From the NCBI GenBank assembly GCA_963730935.1, contig CAVSTP010000004.1:192001-256000 (forward strand): a stretch of DNA of 64,000 nucleotides. The letters are read 5' to 3'. Shown one piece after another: positions 10,045 through 19,953 of this stretch. The notes beneath the pieces are model-generated. The model saw nothing but the letters and a program-made list of their open reading frames with translations. It was not told where the DNA came from and did not search any database. How positions within the stretch are numbered: the first letter of the stretch is position 1; each line of letters begins with the position of its first letter. The position numbers were made by a program, and so were the translations under genes. This DNA comes from an uncultured Nitrospiraceae bacterium. Its GTDB lineage: Bacteria > Nitrospirota > Nitrospiria > Nitrospirales > Nitrospiraceae.

Positions 10045-10380
10045 ATGACTGAACCAGACAGCGCAATGCAGATACGAGCAGGGTCGGAGGCGACCCGAAG
10101 CAAAGGTGGAAAAGGAAAAGCGGTTATTAAGAGAAGTAAGGCTGACACCTCGTCTCAAGAACAGCCAGAAGAGGGGGGGGGCCGGCGTGAACCCAACCGG
10201 CAGCCGGACAAGCGAGGATTCCGTGCAACGCCATCACGAGACCCGCATCTGATCGACAGAATCCAGCAGCGGGCCTATGTGCTGTTCAAGGCCTGCGGCT
10301 GTGAGCATGGCCATGATCTGGAACATTGGCTGGAGGCTGAACAACAGATCACTGGCTCGCCCGATCACTCGGATCGGTAG
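10045..10380 (+). CDS. DUF2934 domain protein
   Basis: IQQRAYVLF...GCEHGHDLEHWLEAEQQI matches the DUF2934 pattern. Confidence 0.8.
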   Translation: MTEPDSAMQIRAGSEATRSKGGKGKAVIKRSKADTSSQEQPEEGGGRREPNRQPDKRGFRATPSRDPHLIDRIQQRAYVLFKACGCEHGHDLEHWLEAEQQITGSPDHSDR

Positions 10381-10429
10381 TAATGGAACCAGCGAAGGAG
10401 CGGCGCTCAGCGGAGCACCAACTCGTCGG

Positions 10430-11048
10430 AACGTTCGCCTCGACTTGGCCGTCCGTGGCCTGTAGGTTCCCGTACCGGATGTTTTCGGCGATGCTCGTCG
10501 GGAACAGCTGCGGATCCTGAGGGACGATCGCGAACTGGTCGCGCAGGTCGGTCAGTCGGTAGTCACGCATCTCCCTTCCATCAGGTAGCACGACGCACGC
10601 ACTGGGGTCGTGAAACCTCGTCAGCAGATTGACGATCGTCGATTTCCCCGCACCGCTCGGGCCGAAAGGAGACGTCGCGCAGCACTGCCGGCGACGAAGG
10701 ATAGGCGAAGGTGACTCCCCGGAACGCGACGTGGCCTTTCGATTGACGAGCCGGTACGAGACGGGCCGGTCCGTGACAAGAGGCGGCGTATCGAGAATGG
10801 CCAGCGCTCTCCGGAAGCCTACCAGATGGGTCTCCAATTCCGTCAGTTTTTTTGCCACAGTATCCAGAGGACCGGCCAGACCGCCAGCGTCGAGGGCAAC
10901 GGCGTGATGAGGTTCAGCGGAATCGAGAACAGGACGACGACGGACAGACAGGCCAGCTGGGCACGAAAAGGGGCCAGAAATGGCCACACCCGGCGGAGGA
11001 GCTGCAGCGCGAGCGTTTCTGGTCTTGTGTGAGTGGTTGCTCGGACAT
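10430..11048 (-). pseudogene. Multiply deleted and frameshifted ABC exporter (MsbA-like)
   Basis: Fragments in different frames: LLRRVWPFLAPFRAQL (TMD start), GHVAFRGVTFAYP..VLRDVSF, GPSGAGKST (Walker A), VPQDPQLFPTSIAENIRYG; most of the TMD, the signature and Walker B are missing. Confidence 0.8.
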
Positions 11049-11264
11049 GGATGCAATGGGTCGTCGAACGACGCGTGTATAGTAATAAGCGGTTCGATCG
11101 CGCGCAATCCGAGGAGGAAAGTCCGAGGTAAAAATGATGTAACGACTCGGACATTCTGTCCTGGGCGGGGGACATGCTGTCGTTATCCAGGCTTTGCGGG
11201 TCGGCTGCCGTGTGTGAACACCATGCAAACATCTTGAAATTAGGCGCTCCGTATGAACGCTCAT

Positions 11265-11281
11265 ACGGTCCGCAGCTTGCA
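11265..11281 (+). promoter_or_regulatory. Putative sigma-54 promoter
   Basis: ACGGTCCGCAGCTTGCA: GG-N10-GC, upstream of the YtxH gene. Confidence 0.4.
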
Positions 11282-11375
11282 CGCACTTCTCACGGGACAG
11301 GAATGTGCAGAATCAGCAGATGCAATAGAGGCATCGCGCGAGAACAACCCTTTACAATCCTTAAGGAGGCAAACT

Positions 11376-11711
11376 ATGCGGAATGGAGACTACGAGTACT
11401 ACGAAGATGATGCCATGGGGTGGTCCGCCTTTGTGGCTGGCGCCTTCATCGGAGCCGGTCTGGCTTTGCTGTTTGCCCCACAAACAGGAACGGAATTGAG
11501 GGGCATGCTGAGGAACTACGCCGCGCGAGCGAAAGATGAAGCTTGGGAGCGCGGACGGACCGCGTGGGATAGCGCCGTCGAGCGCGGTAAAGAATATTAT
11601 GACAAGGGTCAAGAGGCCGTCCAGGAAGCCGGCCGTTCTGCGAAAGAGTATGCGCAAAGCGGCAAGGAAGCCTTGCGAGAAGCCACCAGAGAGAGCTCGC
11701 ATCGGGGGTGA
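11376..11711 (+). CDS. YtxH-domain general stress protein
   Basis: AAGGAGG RBS; FVAGAFIGAGLALLFAPQTGTELR followed by an amphipathic LEA-like tail. Confidence 0.85.
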   Translation: MRNGDYEYYEDDAMGWSAFVAGAFIGAGLALLFAPQTGTELRGMLRNYAARAKDEAWERGRTAWDSAVERGKEYYDKGQEAVQEAGRSAKEYAQSGKEALREATRESSHRG

Positions 11712-11994
11712 ATGCCCAAGGTGGGTACCGGCGTCGCTGGGACGACACTCGAAGGATGTCTTACCAGGTGGTGCCGGGCCTACCACTTCGTTGAGAACTA
11801 TCTCGGCCTTCCTGAAGGTCTGAGCGGGCAGAAGCAGGCTGCGTCACCGGCTTTCTGTCAAATGATCATCGCCGTTGGGCAGCCTGCCACCGCAGCACAA
11901 GCCATCGATCACGATCTCCTCGATGAGAGTTTGCGCAGCCGCAGCCTGCCGCGCATTGGAAGGACGGGCGAGGTGCAAGGAGCAATGAACTGAT

Positions 11995-12768
11995 ATGGAA
12001 GCTGTCGCGGTGGGGGAATCGGGAAGCCTGCGGATTGCCGCTATCGGAGACTTACATTGCCCCCGTACGTCCTCCGAGGGGCTCCGGGACCTATTTCATG
12101 ATCTCGCCACCGAGGCCGATGTTCTTCTGCTCTGCGGCGACCTGACCGATTACGGAAAACCGGACGAAGCGCGATTGTTGGTGGATCAGTTGGGTCACGC
12201 GAGGCCGGTTCCGATGCTCGCCGTGCTGGGCAACCATGAATTTGAGTGCGGTAAGCAGGACGAGATCGTGCGGATCCTTTCCGATGGAGGAGTCACTGTG
12301 CTCGACGGCACCGCGGTGGAGATTCTCGGGGTGGGATTTGCCGGGGTCAAGGGATTCTGCGGGGGCTTTGGCGCCCGCGCCTTGCAGCCGTGGGGTGAAG
12401 CGGCGCTCAAGCAGTTTGCACGCGAGTCTGTGGAGGAAACCGTGAAGTTGGAGTCGGCATTGGCCAAGCTGCGGACGCCCTCGAAGGTGGTCCTCATGCA
12501 TTACGCACCGATTCTCGACACCGTTCGCGGAGAACCCGCAGAAATTTTCGCCTTCCTCGGTTCCAGCCGATTGGAAGAGCCGGTCAATCGCTATGAGGTG
12601 ACAGCGCTCTTCCACGGCCACGCCCACAACGGCAGTCCTGAAGGCAGAACGTTGGGCGGGACGCCTGTCTACAACGTCGCGCTGCCGCTTTTATACAAGC
12701 AGTTTCCCGGTCGTCGCGCCATGCGGTTCATTGAAATTCCGTCGGCGGCTGCGCCGGTCGCCTCCTGA
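11995..12768 (+). CDS. Calcineurin-like metallophosphoesterase
   Basis: GDLH, GDLTD, GNHE, MHY and HGHAH motifs. Confidence 0.9.
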   Translation: MEAVAVGESGSLRIAAIGDLHCPRTSSEGLRDLFHDLATEADVLLLCGDLTDYGKPDEARLLVDQLGHARPVPMLAVLGNHEFECGKQDEIVRILSDGGVTVLDGTAVEILGVGFAGVKGFCGGFGARALQPWGEAALKQFARESVEETVKLESALAKLRTPSKVVLMHYAPILDTVRGEPAEIFAFLGSSRLEEPVNRYEVTALFHGHAHNGSPEGRTLGGTPVYNVALPLLYKQFPGRRAMRFIEIPSAAAPVAS

Positions 12769-12786
12769 GGGCCGGAGAAGGGACAG

Positions 12787-13650
12787 TTGATGAGTTCAAA
12801 TGCTCAAGGCCTAGATCAACAATTCAACGGAACTCTGCAATCAGCTGGTCATCCAGCGGATCCAGCCATTGACGTCTACCGTGAGGCCCTGTCCAGTCTC
12901 GTGAAGGCCAAAGTTCCGTTTCTGGTCGGGGGAACCTTCGCTCTGGAAAGCTACACCGGACGGGTTCGGCGGACAAAAGATCTTGATCTATTCGTCAATC
13001 CTACCGACCGGCTCCGGCTGATGCAACGGTTGTTGGACGCCGGCTTTCGCACTGAATGGCGGTTTCCTCATTGGCTCGGCAAAGCCTACAAAGACGGTCA
13101 CAGCATCGACATCATCTACAGTTCCGGCAATGGTATCTGCACCGTGGATGAGGCGTGGTTCCGTTACGCCCTTCCAGCGGAGATTTTCGGCATCCCGGTC
13201 CGAGTGGTTCCGGCCGAAGAGATGCTCTGGTCCAAAGCGTTTGTCATGGAGCGTAATCGGTACGACGGGGGCGATATCGCGCATTTGCTGAGGGCTCGGG
13301 CTCACACCATGGATTGGGCGCGGCTCCTGTTTCGCTTCGGCACCCACTGGCGCGTGCTGTTCAGTCACGTGATTCTCTTTGGGTTCATCTATCCGGAGCA
13401 GCGGCTTCGCATACCCGACTGGTTCATGCATGAGATGATGCGGCGAATCAAACTGGACATGCAGTGTCTGCCGGCAGACCGTGAGGTGTGCCAGGGGACG
13501 TTGTTGTCGTGGTCTCAGTACCTCGCCGACCTGGAATGCGGCGACTACCAGGATGCACGTCACGCGCCGCGCGGGAAATTGACGTCGGGCGACACGCAGC
13601 ACATGACGGACGTCCTCCAACGGGAAGAACGGCGAGAACAACAACACTAA
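12787..13650 (+). CDS. Uncharacterised nucleotidyltransferase-family protein
   Basis: FLVGGTFAL...TKDLDLF (pol-beta-type GG/DxD), third Asp in IDIIY, ERNRYDGGD. Confidence 0.8.
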   Translation: MMSSNAQGLDQQFNGTLQSAGHPADPAIDVYREALSSLVKAKVPFLVGGTFALESYTGRVRRTKDLDLFVNPTDRLRLMQRLLDAGFRTEWRFPHWLGKAYKDGHSIDIIYSSGNGICTVDEAWFRYALPAEIFGIPVRVVPAEEMLWSKAFVMERNRYDGGDIAHLLRARAHTMDWARLLFRFGTHWRVLFSHVILFGFIYPEQRLRIPDWFMHEMMRRIKLDMQCLPADREVCQGTLLSWSQYLADLECGDYQDARHAPRGKLTSGDTQHMTDVLQREERREQQH

Positions 13651-13684
13651 GGATCATCTCGCGTGAGCGAAGGAGGCTGCCGGT

Positions 13685-14125
13685 ATGCTGGACTCCCCTT
13701 ATCTCACTCTCATCGGCCGGGTGCTCCTCGGCCTCATGTTCCTCATTTCCGGCGTCCACAAGATCGCCGATCCTCACGGGACACAGCAGTACATGATCAT
13801 GATGGGGATGACGTGGATGACTACGCTGTTCTACATTGGGGCGGTGGTCGTGGAAGTGGCCGGCTCCTTGTCCCTGCTGCTGGGATATCGTGCACGCGCG
13901 GCCGCCTGGTTGTTGTTTCTGTTCATGATTCCCACGACGCTCATCTTCCACACCAATTTTGGCGACCCGAACCAGATGATCCACTTTCTGAAAAACGTGT
14001 CGATCATGGGGGGGTTGCTGTACGTCGCCCGCTATGGCGCCGGCCGCTACAGCATAGATGCGGGACTGGAACGAACGGCGGCTGGTGCAGCTCCGCAGCC
14101 GTTGAGAAAAGTCGTGCATCAATAG
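13685..14125 (+). CDS. DoxX-family membrane protein
   Basis: GRVLLGLMFLISGVHKI, FLKNVSIMGGLL, GAGRYSID. Confidence 0.9.
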   Translation: MLDSPYLTLIGRVLLGLMFLISGVHKIADPHGTQQYMIMMGMTWMTTLFYIGAVVVEVAGSLSLLLGYRARAAAWLLFLFMIPTTLIFHTNFGDPNQMIHFLKNVSIMGGLLYVARYGAGRYSIDAGLERTAAGAAPQPLRKVVHQ

Positions 14126-14144
14126 GCAACGGAAGGATGCTCAC

Positions 14145-15275
14145 GTGCAACCGTTAATCAGGGTCGGACGGATCGCCGGCATCGAGATCGGTATCCATTA
14201 CACGTGGCTGCTCATCGCCGTGCTGATCACGGGATCGTTTATCGGCTACTTGTCCGACACTCATCGGCTGTGGCCGGCGAGAACCATTTGGTCGGCTGCG
14301 ATCGTCATCAGCGCCTTGTTTTTCCTCTCAGTCATGCTGCACGAGATGGCGCACGCCCTGGTGGCGCGAGCCTACGGCATGCACGTCCGGACCATTACGC
14401 TGTTTGCGTTAGGCGGAGTGACGAGGATCGAAAAACAGGCGGCCAATCCCGCCGCCGAATTTTGGATGGGCCTGGCAGGACCACTGATGAGCGCGGCCCT
14501 GGGCATATTGTGCGGAGGGCTGGCGTCTTGGTGGGCGCGCGGCTCGAACATCGTCACCATTTCGCCTGCGGCGACGGTTCTGCTGTCCTTGAGCTCGTTG
14601 AACCTCATGTTGGCCATGTTCAACTTGATCCCAGGCTTCCCGTTGGACGGTGGGAGAATTCTTCGAGCGATACTGTGGTGGATCGGCGGAGACGAGATTC
14701 GCGCGACCCGGATCGCATCGCGGGTGGGACAAGGGGTGGCCTTGGTCATGTTCGGTCTGGGCTTATGGGAATTTCTCTCAGCGGCAAGTCTCAGCGGCAT
14801 TTGGCTCGGTCTGTTGGGATGGTTCCTGCTGGACGCCGCCACCGCCAGCTATGTGCAAGCAGAAGTTCTGACAGGTCTGTCGAATATCCGCGTCGGGGAT
14901 CTCATGTCCCACGAGTGCGTATCAGTGCCCGCCGATCTGTCGGTGCAACGGTTTGCGGAGGAGCACGTGCTCCAGACCGGACGGCGCTGTTACGCCGTCG
15001 AGGATCGCGGCGAGATCGTGGGAATGATCACTCCCGCCGATTTGGCCAAGGTGGAACGCATCCGCTGGTGCCATACGCCGGTGATCCAGGTGGCTCATCG
15101 GCTGCATGAACTCCGATCGGTTTCTCCCGACACCCCGGTGGTCGAGGCTCTTCAGACGATGGGACGGGAGGACCTCAATCAACTCCCGGTCATCACGGCA
15201 GGACGGATGGAAGGAATGCTCTCGCGGAGTCATATCCTTCGGGCGCTCGAAACGCATGGGGAACTCAGCATGTAA
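14145..15275 (+). CDS. Site-2 protease (M50) with CBS pair
   Basis: HEMAH, AGP, FNLIPGFPLDGG, two C-terminal CBS domains. Confidence 0.92.
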   Translation: MQPLIRVGRIAGIEIGIHYTWLLIAVLITGSFIGYLSDTHRLWPARTIWSAAIVISALFFLSVMLHEMAHALVARAYGMHVRTITLFALGGVTRIEKQAANPAAEFWMGLAGPLMSAALGILCGGLASWWARGSNIVTISPAATVLLSLSSLNLMLAMFNLIPGFPLDGGRILRAILWWIGGDEIRATRIASRVGQGVALVMFGLGLWEFLSAASLSGIWLGLLGWFLLDAATASYVQAEVLTGLSNIRVGDLMSHECVSVPADLSVQRFAEEHVLQTGRRCYAVEDRGEIVGMITPADLAKVERIRWCHTPVIQVAHRLHELRSVSPDTPVVEALQTMGREDLNQLPVITAGRMEGMLSRSHILRALETHGELSM

Positions 15276-15313
15276 TCGGAGTGCGCAGCGACAATACAAT
15301 GACGAGGTTCATC

Positions 15314-15643
15314 ATGGATAGACGAACATCGCTGATTCTGGGCATTCTCCTGACTAGCGCCGGCTGTGCCGGTGGACAAGGCTCAGCAGATTATGGAACG
15401 GCCTCTCCTCAGCAAGAGGCCGCAGAGCAGACGGCCGATTATCGCACGCAGGCCAACTCGCTGCGCGAGATGGCCGACCGTCGGCAGTTGGAGGCGGATC
15501 TCTTGGCGCGTGAGGTGGGGCCCAGCGATCCCGCTGTCGAAAAAAAGCGGCGGTTGGCGGAGGAACTTCGTGCGGCGGCAGTAGAGGCCGACAATAATGC
15601 GCATGAGACCGGTCGTCAGGTGCCCCATGGAATGGTGCAATAG
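15314..15643 (+). CDS. Hypothetical helical lipoprotein
   Basis: Lipobox TSAGC; Ala/Glu-rich helical body. Confidence 0.6.
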   Translation: MDRRTSLILGILLTSAGCAGGQGSADYGTASPQQEAAEQTADYRTQANSLREMADRRQLEADLLAREVGPSDPAVEKKRRLAEELRAAAVEADNNAHETGRQVPHGMVQ

Positions 15644-15649
15644 GCCAAC

Positions 15650-15720
15650 TCAGATTTGAAATTGAAGGCGAGAGCTTGAGATCTGAAGTTTAAAACTTGA
15701 GATTTGAAAGCCGAGATCTG
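15650..15720. repeat. Degenerate heptamer tandem repeat (AGATTTG-like)
   Basis: agatttg...agatctg aagttta aaacttg agatttg aaagccg agatctg. Confidence 0.55.
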
Positions 15721-15765
15721 CGCGCACACGCGGGAATCTGCGGCGCGCGGAAAAGGGAGGAGATC

Positions 15766-16134
15766 ATGCCGACGACGATGGTGCAAGATCCCGCCAAAGC
15801 CAAAGAGTATTTCGAGGCCAAAATGGCGTTTACCACCGGCCCGGTGGAATTGGAACGCATGATGAAGGAGGGCAACGTCAACATCGTGGACGTTCGCGCC
15901 GCCGAGGACTACGCCAAAGGCCATATCCCGGGAGCCGTCAATCTGCCGAAGGAGCGCTGGTCAAGCCTCCAAGGTTTGCGCAAGGACCGGACGAATGTGG
16001 TGTACTGCTATTCCCAAGTGTGTCATCTCGCGGCGTCTGCCGCCGTGCACTTCACCGGGCAGGGATTTCCTGTCATGGAATTGGACGGAGGGTGGCGCTG
16101 GTGGAAGGATGACGGGTTTGACATCGAAACCTGA
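15766..16134 (+). CDS. Rhodanese-like protein
   Basis: GGAGG RBS; VDVR..EDYAKGHIPGA, YCYSQVC, LDGG. Confidence 0.88.
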   Translation: MPTTMVQDPAKAKEYFEAKMAFTTGPVELERMMKEGNVNIVDVRAAEDYAKGHIPGAVNLPKERWSSLQGLRKDRTNVVYCYSQVCHLAASAAVHFTGQGFPVMELDGGWRWWKDDGFDIET

Positions 16135-17950
16135 AAGAGATCAGCGCGCGTGCCTGCCATTCACTGGGTATCCCCCCATTCACGATTATGCGCTGGTCGG
16201 CGACTGCCGGACCGGCGCCCTCGTGTCCAGTCGTGGGTCGATTGACTGGCTGTGTCTTCCGCGCTTCGACAGTCCGTCGTGCTTCAACCGTTTGCTCGAC
16301 TGGGAGCACGGCGGGTACTGCGAAGTGAATCCGACGTCCTTCTTCCGGACGAAACGCGCCTACCAAGACCATACAGCGGTCCTCACCACAGAATTTGAAA
16401 CCACCGATGGTAGAGCGCAACTGACGGACCTGATGCCTGTCGCCGCGGACGGAGGGCAAGCCCCGCTGCGATTCCCCCTGCGTCAAGTCCTGCGTCGCAT
16501 CGAGGGACTGGACGGTCGGGTGGAGTTCTCATTAACGATCAAACTGCGTCCGGACGACGGCCGGACGGTCCCGTCCTTTGTACAACGAGGACGGGCCGGG
16601 TATTGCGCCGATTTCGGAGGACGGATGATCTGTGTCGCCGTCGATAGCCCGATGGAGATCAGTCCCGGTCTCCTGAGTGGCCGTGCGGTGGTTTCGCGAG
16701 GCGACAGGCTGACGTTGTGGTTGGTCTATACCGAGGAAGCTCCTGGCGAGTACCCGCAGTTGTTCGCAGCAGAGGAGGCGATTGCGGAAACGCAGACCTA
16801 TTGGACCGGTTGGTCGCGTAGTTGCCGGTACGAGGGAGCATGGCGGGACCAGGCCATCCGAAGCGCGATTACGCTGAAGCTGCTCAGCTATGCGCCATCA
16901 GGCGCCATTGTCGCCGCGCCGACGACCTCTTTGCCGGAACGGTTGGGCGGCGACCTCAATTGGGACTATCGCTATTGCTGGCTCCGCGACGCCTCCTTTA
17001 CGGCCCATGCCTTTTTCCGTCTTGGCTTCGATGCGGAAGCCCTGGCATTCACACAGTGGATGACGCATGCCACGACGTTGACCTATCCAGAATTGCAAGT
17101 CCTGTACACCCTGCATGGAGAGGCGTCGATCCCGGAACGGTCATGGCCTTTTCTCGAAGGATATCGGCGCTCACAACCAGTTCGGATTGGCAATGCCGCG
17201 TCTGCGCAGGAGCAACTCGACGTCTATGGAGAAGTGCTCGATACGATCGCACTGTCTGTGGAGGCGGGCTATGCGGTCGACCGTGACACCAAACGCTGGA
17301 TCGTCGAGGTCGGGAATATTCTCTCCATGTCCTGGCCTTATCCAGATCACGGAATTTGGGAGATCCGCGGTGAACCGCGACACTATGTTCATTCGAAAGT
17401 CATGTGTTGGACGGCGTTGGATCGCGTCGAACGCCTGGCGCGCAAGCTGGGCGTAAGGCCTTCAACGACAGCGTGGAGTCAGGCGCGGGAGGCGTTGGTG
17501 CGCGCAATCTTGAAGTCCGGGTATTCCAAGACCCGCCGCAGCTTCGTTCAGGTTCTTGGAGGCACCAGGCTGGATGCTGCCGCGCTCACGTTCGGCCTCA
17601 CCGGCTTCATCGACGGCCGCGATCCCCTCATGATCTCGACGATTTCGACGATACAGCGGTGGCTGACGCGCGGTCCGTTGGTGTACCGCTATATCGCGGA
17701 GCAGGGGACTGGCCGCGAGGAAGGGGCCTTCCTGCCATGTAGCTTTTGGTTGGTGCAAGCACTGGCCGCTGCCGGGCGACCGGAGGAGGCCCAAGAACTC
17801 CTCGCTCGACTGGTGCCCCACGCCAATGATCTGGGATTATTTCCCGAAGAAATCCGCCATCAGGACGGCGAGTTTCTTGGAAACTTTCCTCTCGCCTTGA
17901 CCCATGTGGCGCACCTCGGCGCCCTGTTGAGCGTTGCGGAGAAAGCATAG
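16109..17950 (+). CDS. Glycoside hydrolase family 15 (glucoamylase/trehalase-like)
   Basis: YALVGDCRT, GAIVAAPTTSLPE, NWDYRYCWLRD, QLDVYGE, GNFPLALTH; start estimated. Confidence 0.9.
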   Translation: MTGLTSKPERDQRACLPFTGYPPIHDYALVGDCRTGALVSSRGSIDWLCLPRFDSPSCFNRLLDWEHGGYCEVNPTSFFRTKRAYQDHTAVLTTEFETTDGRAQLTDLMPVAADGGQAPLRFPLRQVLRRIEGLDGRVEFSLTIKLRPDDGRTVPSFVQRGRAGYCADFGGRMICVAVDSPMEISPGLLSGRAVVSRGDRLTLWLVYTEEAPGEYPQLFAAEEAIAETQTYWTGWSRSCRYEGAWRDQAIRSAITLKLLSYAPSGAIVAAPTTSLPERLGGDLNWDYRYCWLRDASFTAHAFFRLGFDAEALAFTQWMTHATTLTYPELQVLYTLHGEASIPERSWPFLEGYRRSQPVRIGNAASAQEQLDVYGEVLDTIALSVEAGYAVDRDTKRWIVEVGNILSMSWPYPDHGIWEIRGEPRHYVHSKVMCWTALDRVERLARKLGVRPSTTAWSQAREALVRAILKSGYSKTRRSFVQVLGGTRLDAAALTFGLTGFIDGRDPLMISTISTIQRWLTRGPLVYRYIAEQGTGREEGAFLPCSFWLVQALAAAGRPEEAQELLARLVPHANDLGLFPEEIRHQDGEFLGNFPLALTHVAHLGALLSVAEKA

Positions 17951-17971
17951 GCCGGATCAATTGAGGCGGCA

Positions 17972-18445
17972 CTAAATCCGATAGAAGCCACCGAGCACAG
18001 TGCCGTAGGCAATGTGGGCGATCAACACCGCTAACGGAGTCCGATAACCGTAGTTCAACGCCAGAAAGCCCGGCGGCTCGAGCATTCTCGTCGGCCGCGG
18101 GCCGGTGCTGTCGGAGGCCATTCGGGGATGAAGGCCGGGGAGGGACGGAAGCACGGCAACCAGGATAAACGCCGTGTGTGCGATCCCCATTAACGCTCCC
18201 AGCCACCAGGTTGCCATGCCAAAGGCATGGAAGAACAGCACATAGATGAGTGCAATCCACCAGCCGTTGATAAAGTGTATGACAAAGCCGATGACCTTTG
18301 CCCGGTCTCGATCGGGGGTGACCATCGTGCCCAGCAGGAGGGTTGTGTCCATCCGGGTGAGGTGCAGCGCCTGGCCTGCCCGCAGGAGTGTCGTCAAGAG
18401 ACCGGTGGCCAGCAGTCCCCAGATCAACGTGTCGCCCACGTGCAT
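17972..18445 (-). CDS. Conserved hypothetical membrane protein
   Basis: About 4-5 hydrophobic segments, LHPRMAS, LEPPGFLALNYG; start estimated. Confidence 0.65.
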   Translation of the reverse strand: MHVGDTLIWGLLATGLLTTLLRAGQALHLTRMDTTLLLGTMVTPDRDRAKVIGFVIHFINGWWIALIYVLFFHAFGMATWWLGALMGIAHTAFILVAVLPSLPGLHPRMASDSTGPRPTRMLEPPGFLALNYGYRTPLAVLIAHIAYGTVLGGFYRI

Positions 18446-18575
18446 GGCCGTCTTTCTCGGCGGTCCGACGGCTGACTGCATTGCTGCCGAAGGCGCCTGC
18501 CCGGTCGCGCCAGCCTTGCGGGTCGAGTCCAAGGAAGGAACTCAAGGCGCCCGCAGGCGGCGACCGGGTTTCGCT

Positions 18576-19118
18576 CTAGGCGGCCTTTTTCCGTCGTGCC
18601 CCCGACGACTTCTTGCCGCCTTCGTATTTCTGCATTAATCTGACTTTGCGTTTGGAGACTTCATCCGAGATGCTGTGGGGCTCAAAGCCGCCTTCCTGGG
18701 CTTGAGGGAACAGTTCTCCCTCTTCTTCTTCGATATGATGGCCAACCAACTCGCCCAAGACCTTGAACTTGGTGGAAAATCCCTCGTCTTCTGCATCCAT
18801 CTTGCGCAGCTCTTTGATCAAGAACTTGGCCACGTGATGTTCTTCCCTGGCCTCATTGACCAAATCTTCGTCGTCTATCACTTCGGCAATGGCGGGGTAG
18901 ACCAACTCCTCCTCCAGCGTCGCATGGACTTCCAAAGCCGTCAGGGTCTCGTCGGCAATCGACGCGCGAGCCCGTTTATCGGCGTCCTCAAACTTCGTAA
19001 AAAGGTCCTGCACGTGGCGATGGTCGGTCTTCAACATTTCGAAGACATCCTCGCCCCCTTCTCCCTTCTCCGTCTCGCGTTGTTCCATGTCGTCGTTCTG
19101 TGATCGGCCTTCACGCAT
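18576..19118 (-). CDS. Hemerythrin (HHE) domain protein
   Basis: DH, HATLEEELVYP, EH, HHIEEEE. Confidence 0.88.
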   Translation of the reverse strand: MREGRSQNDDMEQRETEKGEGGEDVFEMLKTDHRHVQDLFTKFEDADKRARASIADETLTALEVHATLEEELVYPAIAEVIDDEDLVNEAREEHHVAKFLIKELRKMDAEDEGFSTKFKVLGELVGHHIEEEEGELFPQAQEGGFEPHSISDEVSKRKVRLMQKYEGGKKSSGARRKKAA

Positions 19119-19127
19119 GATTCCTCC

Positions 19128-19535
19128 TTAGATCTCTTCGCGGTCTTCGCGGCGCATGATGTTCTCGAACAGCTCGTATTGCTCCTGGCAGGCCACGCAT
19201 CGCCGTGCAAAGGGGAGCGCCCGAAGCCTGGCCGGTGAAATTGTCGCTTCACAATCCTCGCAGATACCGTAGGTGCCTTCATCTAGCCGGCGAAGTGCTT
19301 CGTCCAGTTGGATCCGTTCTTGTGTGCGGGCTTCGAGGAGTGCAATTTGCTGGGCGCCGGTGGCGTCGCGCAGCGACATGTCCTCGACATCGAGTACGGA
19401 GTTGTCGCGGAAGTGGGTATGGTTGTCCCGGTGTTGCGCAATGAGATGATCGATTTCACGTTGGAGCGTCGACCGCCGTCCGATCAGCACGGTGCGCAGC
19501 ACTTCCGGCCGCCTCTCATTTATCTGATTTTCCAT
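19128..19535 (-). CDS. TraR/DksA C4 zinc-finger protein
   Basis: DVED, ALRRLDEGTYGICEDC...RLRALPFARRCVAC. Confidence 0.9.
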   Translation of the reverse strand: MENQINERRPEVLRTVLIGRRSTLQREIDHLIAQHRDNHTHFRDNSVLDVEDMSLRDATGAQQIALLEARTQERIQLDEALRRLDEGTYGICEDCEATISPARLRALPFARRCVACQEQYELFENIMRREDREEI

Positions 19536-19582
19536 TGAATGACTCCTCGTCTATTGGTGATGAGCGACTCGGTATGGGTTTG

Positions 19583-19599
19583 TGCAAAAGAAGGGCCAG
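19583..19599 (-). promoter_or_regulatory. Putative sigma-54 promoter
   Basis: CTGGCCCTTCTTTTGCA upstream of the DksA-like gene. Confidence 0.55.
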
Positions 19600-19953
19600 T
19601 CGTTTCGGCCTCTATGGTCATTAGGATTGGCTGAGAGTGGATTGATTCTGGTGCGATGGGAGGCTCTGCCGTTGCGCGAGTTGTCTTTCCCGGGGACAAG
19701 CTGTCGGCGGTTCCAGTGGAATTGCACACACCTGCTTGAGGTAAGGCAGAGGAGCATCGCTCCTCTGCCTGTGCCGTCTTCCGCCGAACGTTTTTCCGCG
19801 CGGTGGGGCAGTCATGACGTTGAGAGTGGGCGACTCTCAGGTTCAATGACGAGCGATCCGAAACGGGGGCGCGCCCGGATCGTTCATGTTCCATCGCGCT
19901 GCGTAATCGGCGCAAGACAACGCCATTACTCATTCCTCATGCCATCGGGCACG

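Noticed and set aside
11712..11993. 93-aa ORF between YtxH and the phosphoesterase
   Set aside because: No recognisable motif or RBS; it may be a remnant but cannot be supported
12787..13650. CBASS or toxin-antitoxin interpretation of the NTase
   Set aside because: No Cap effector, HEPN or AbiEi partner nearby, and the context is general stress rather than defence
15650..15720. CRISPR array
   Set aside because: Short degenerate 7-mers without spacers; no cas genes
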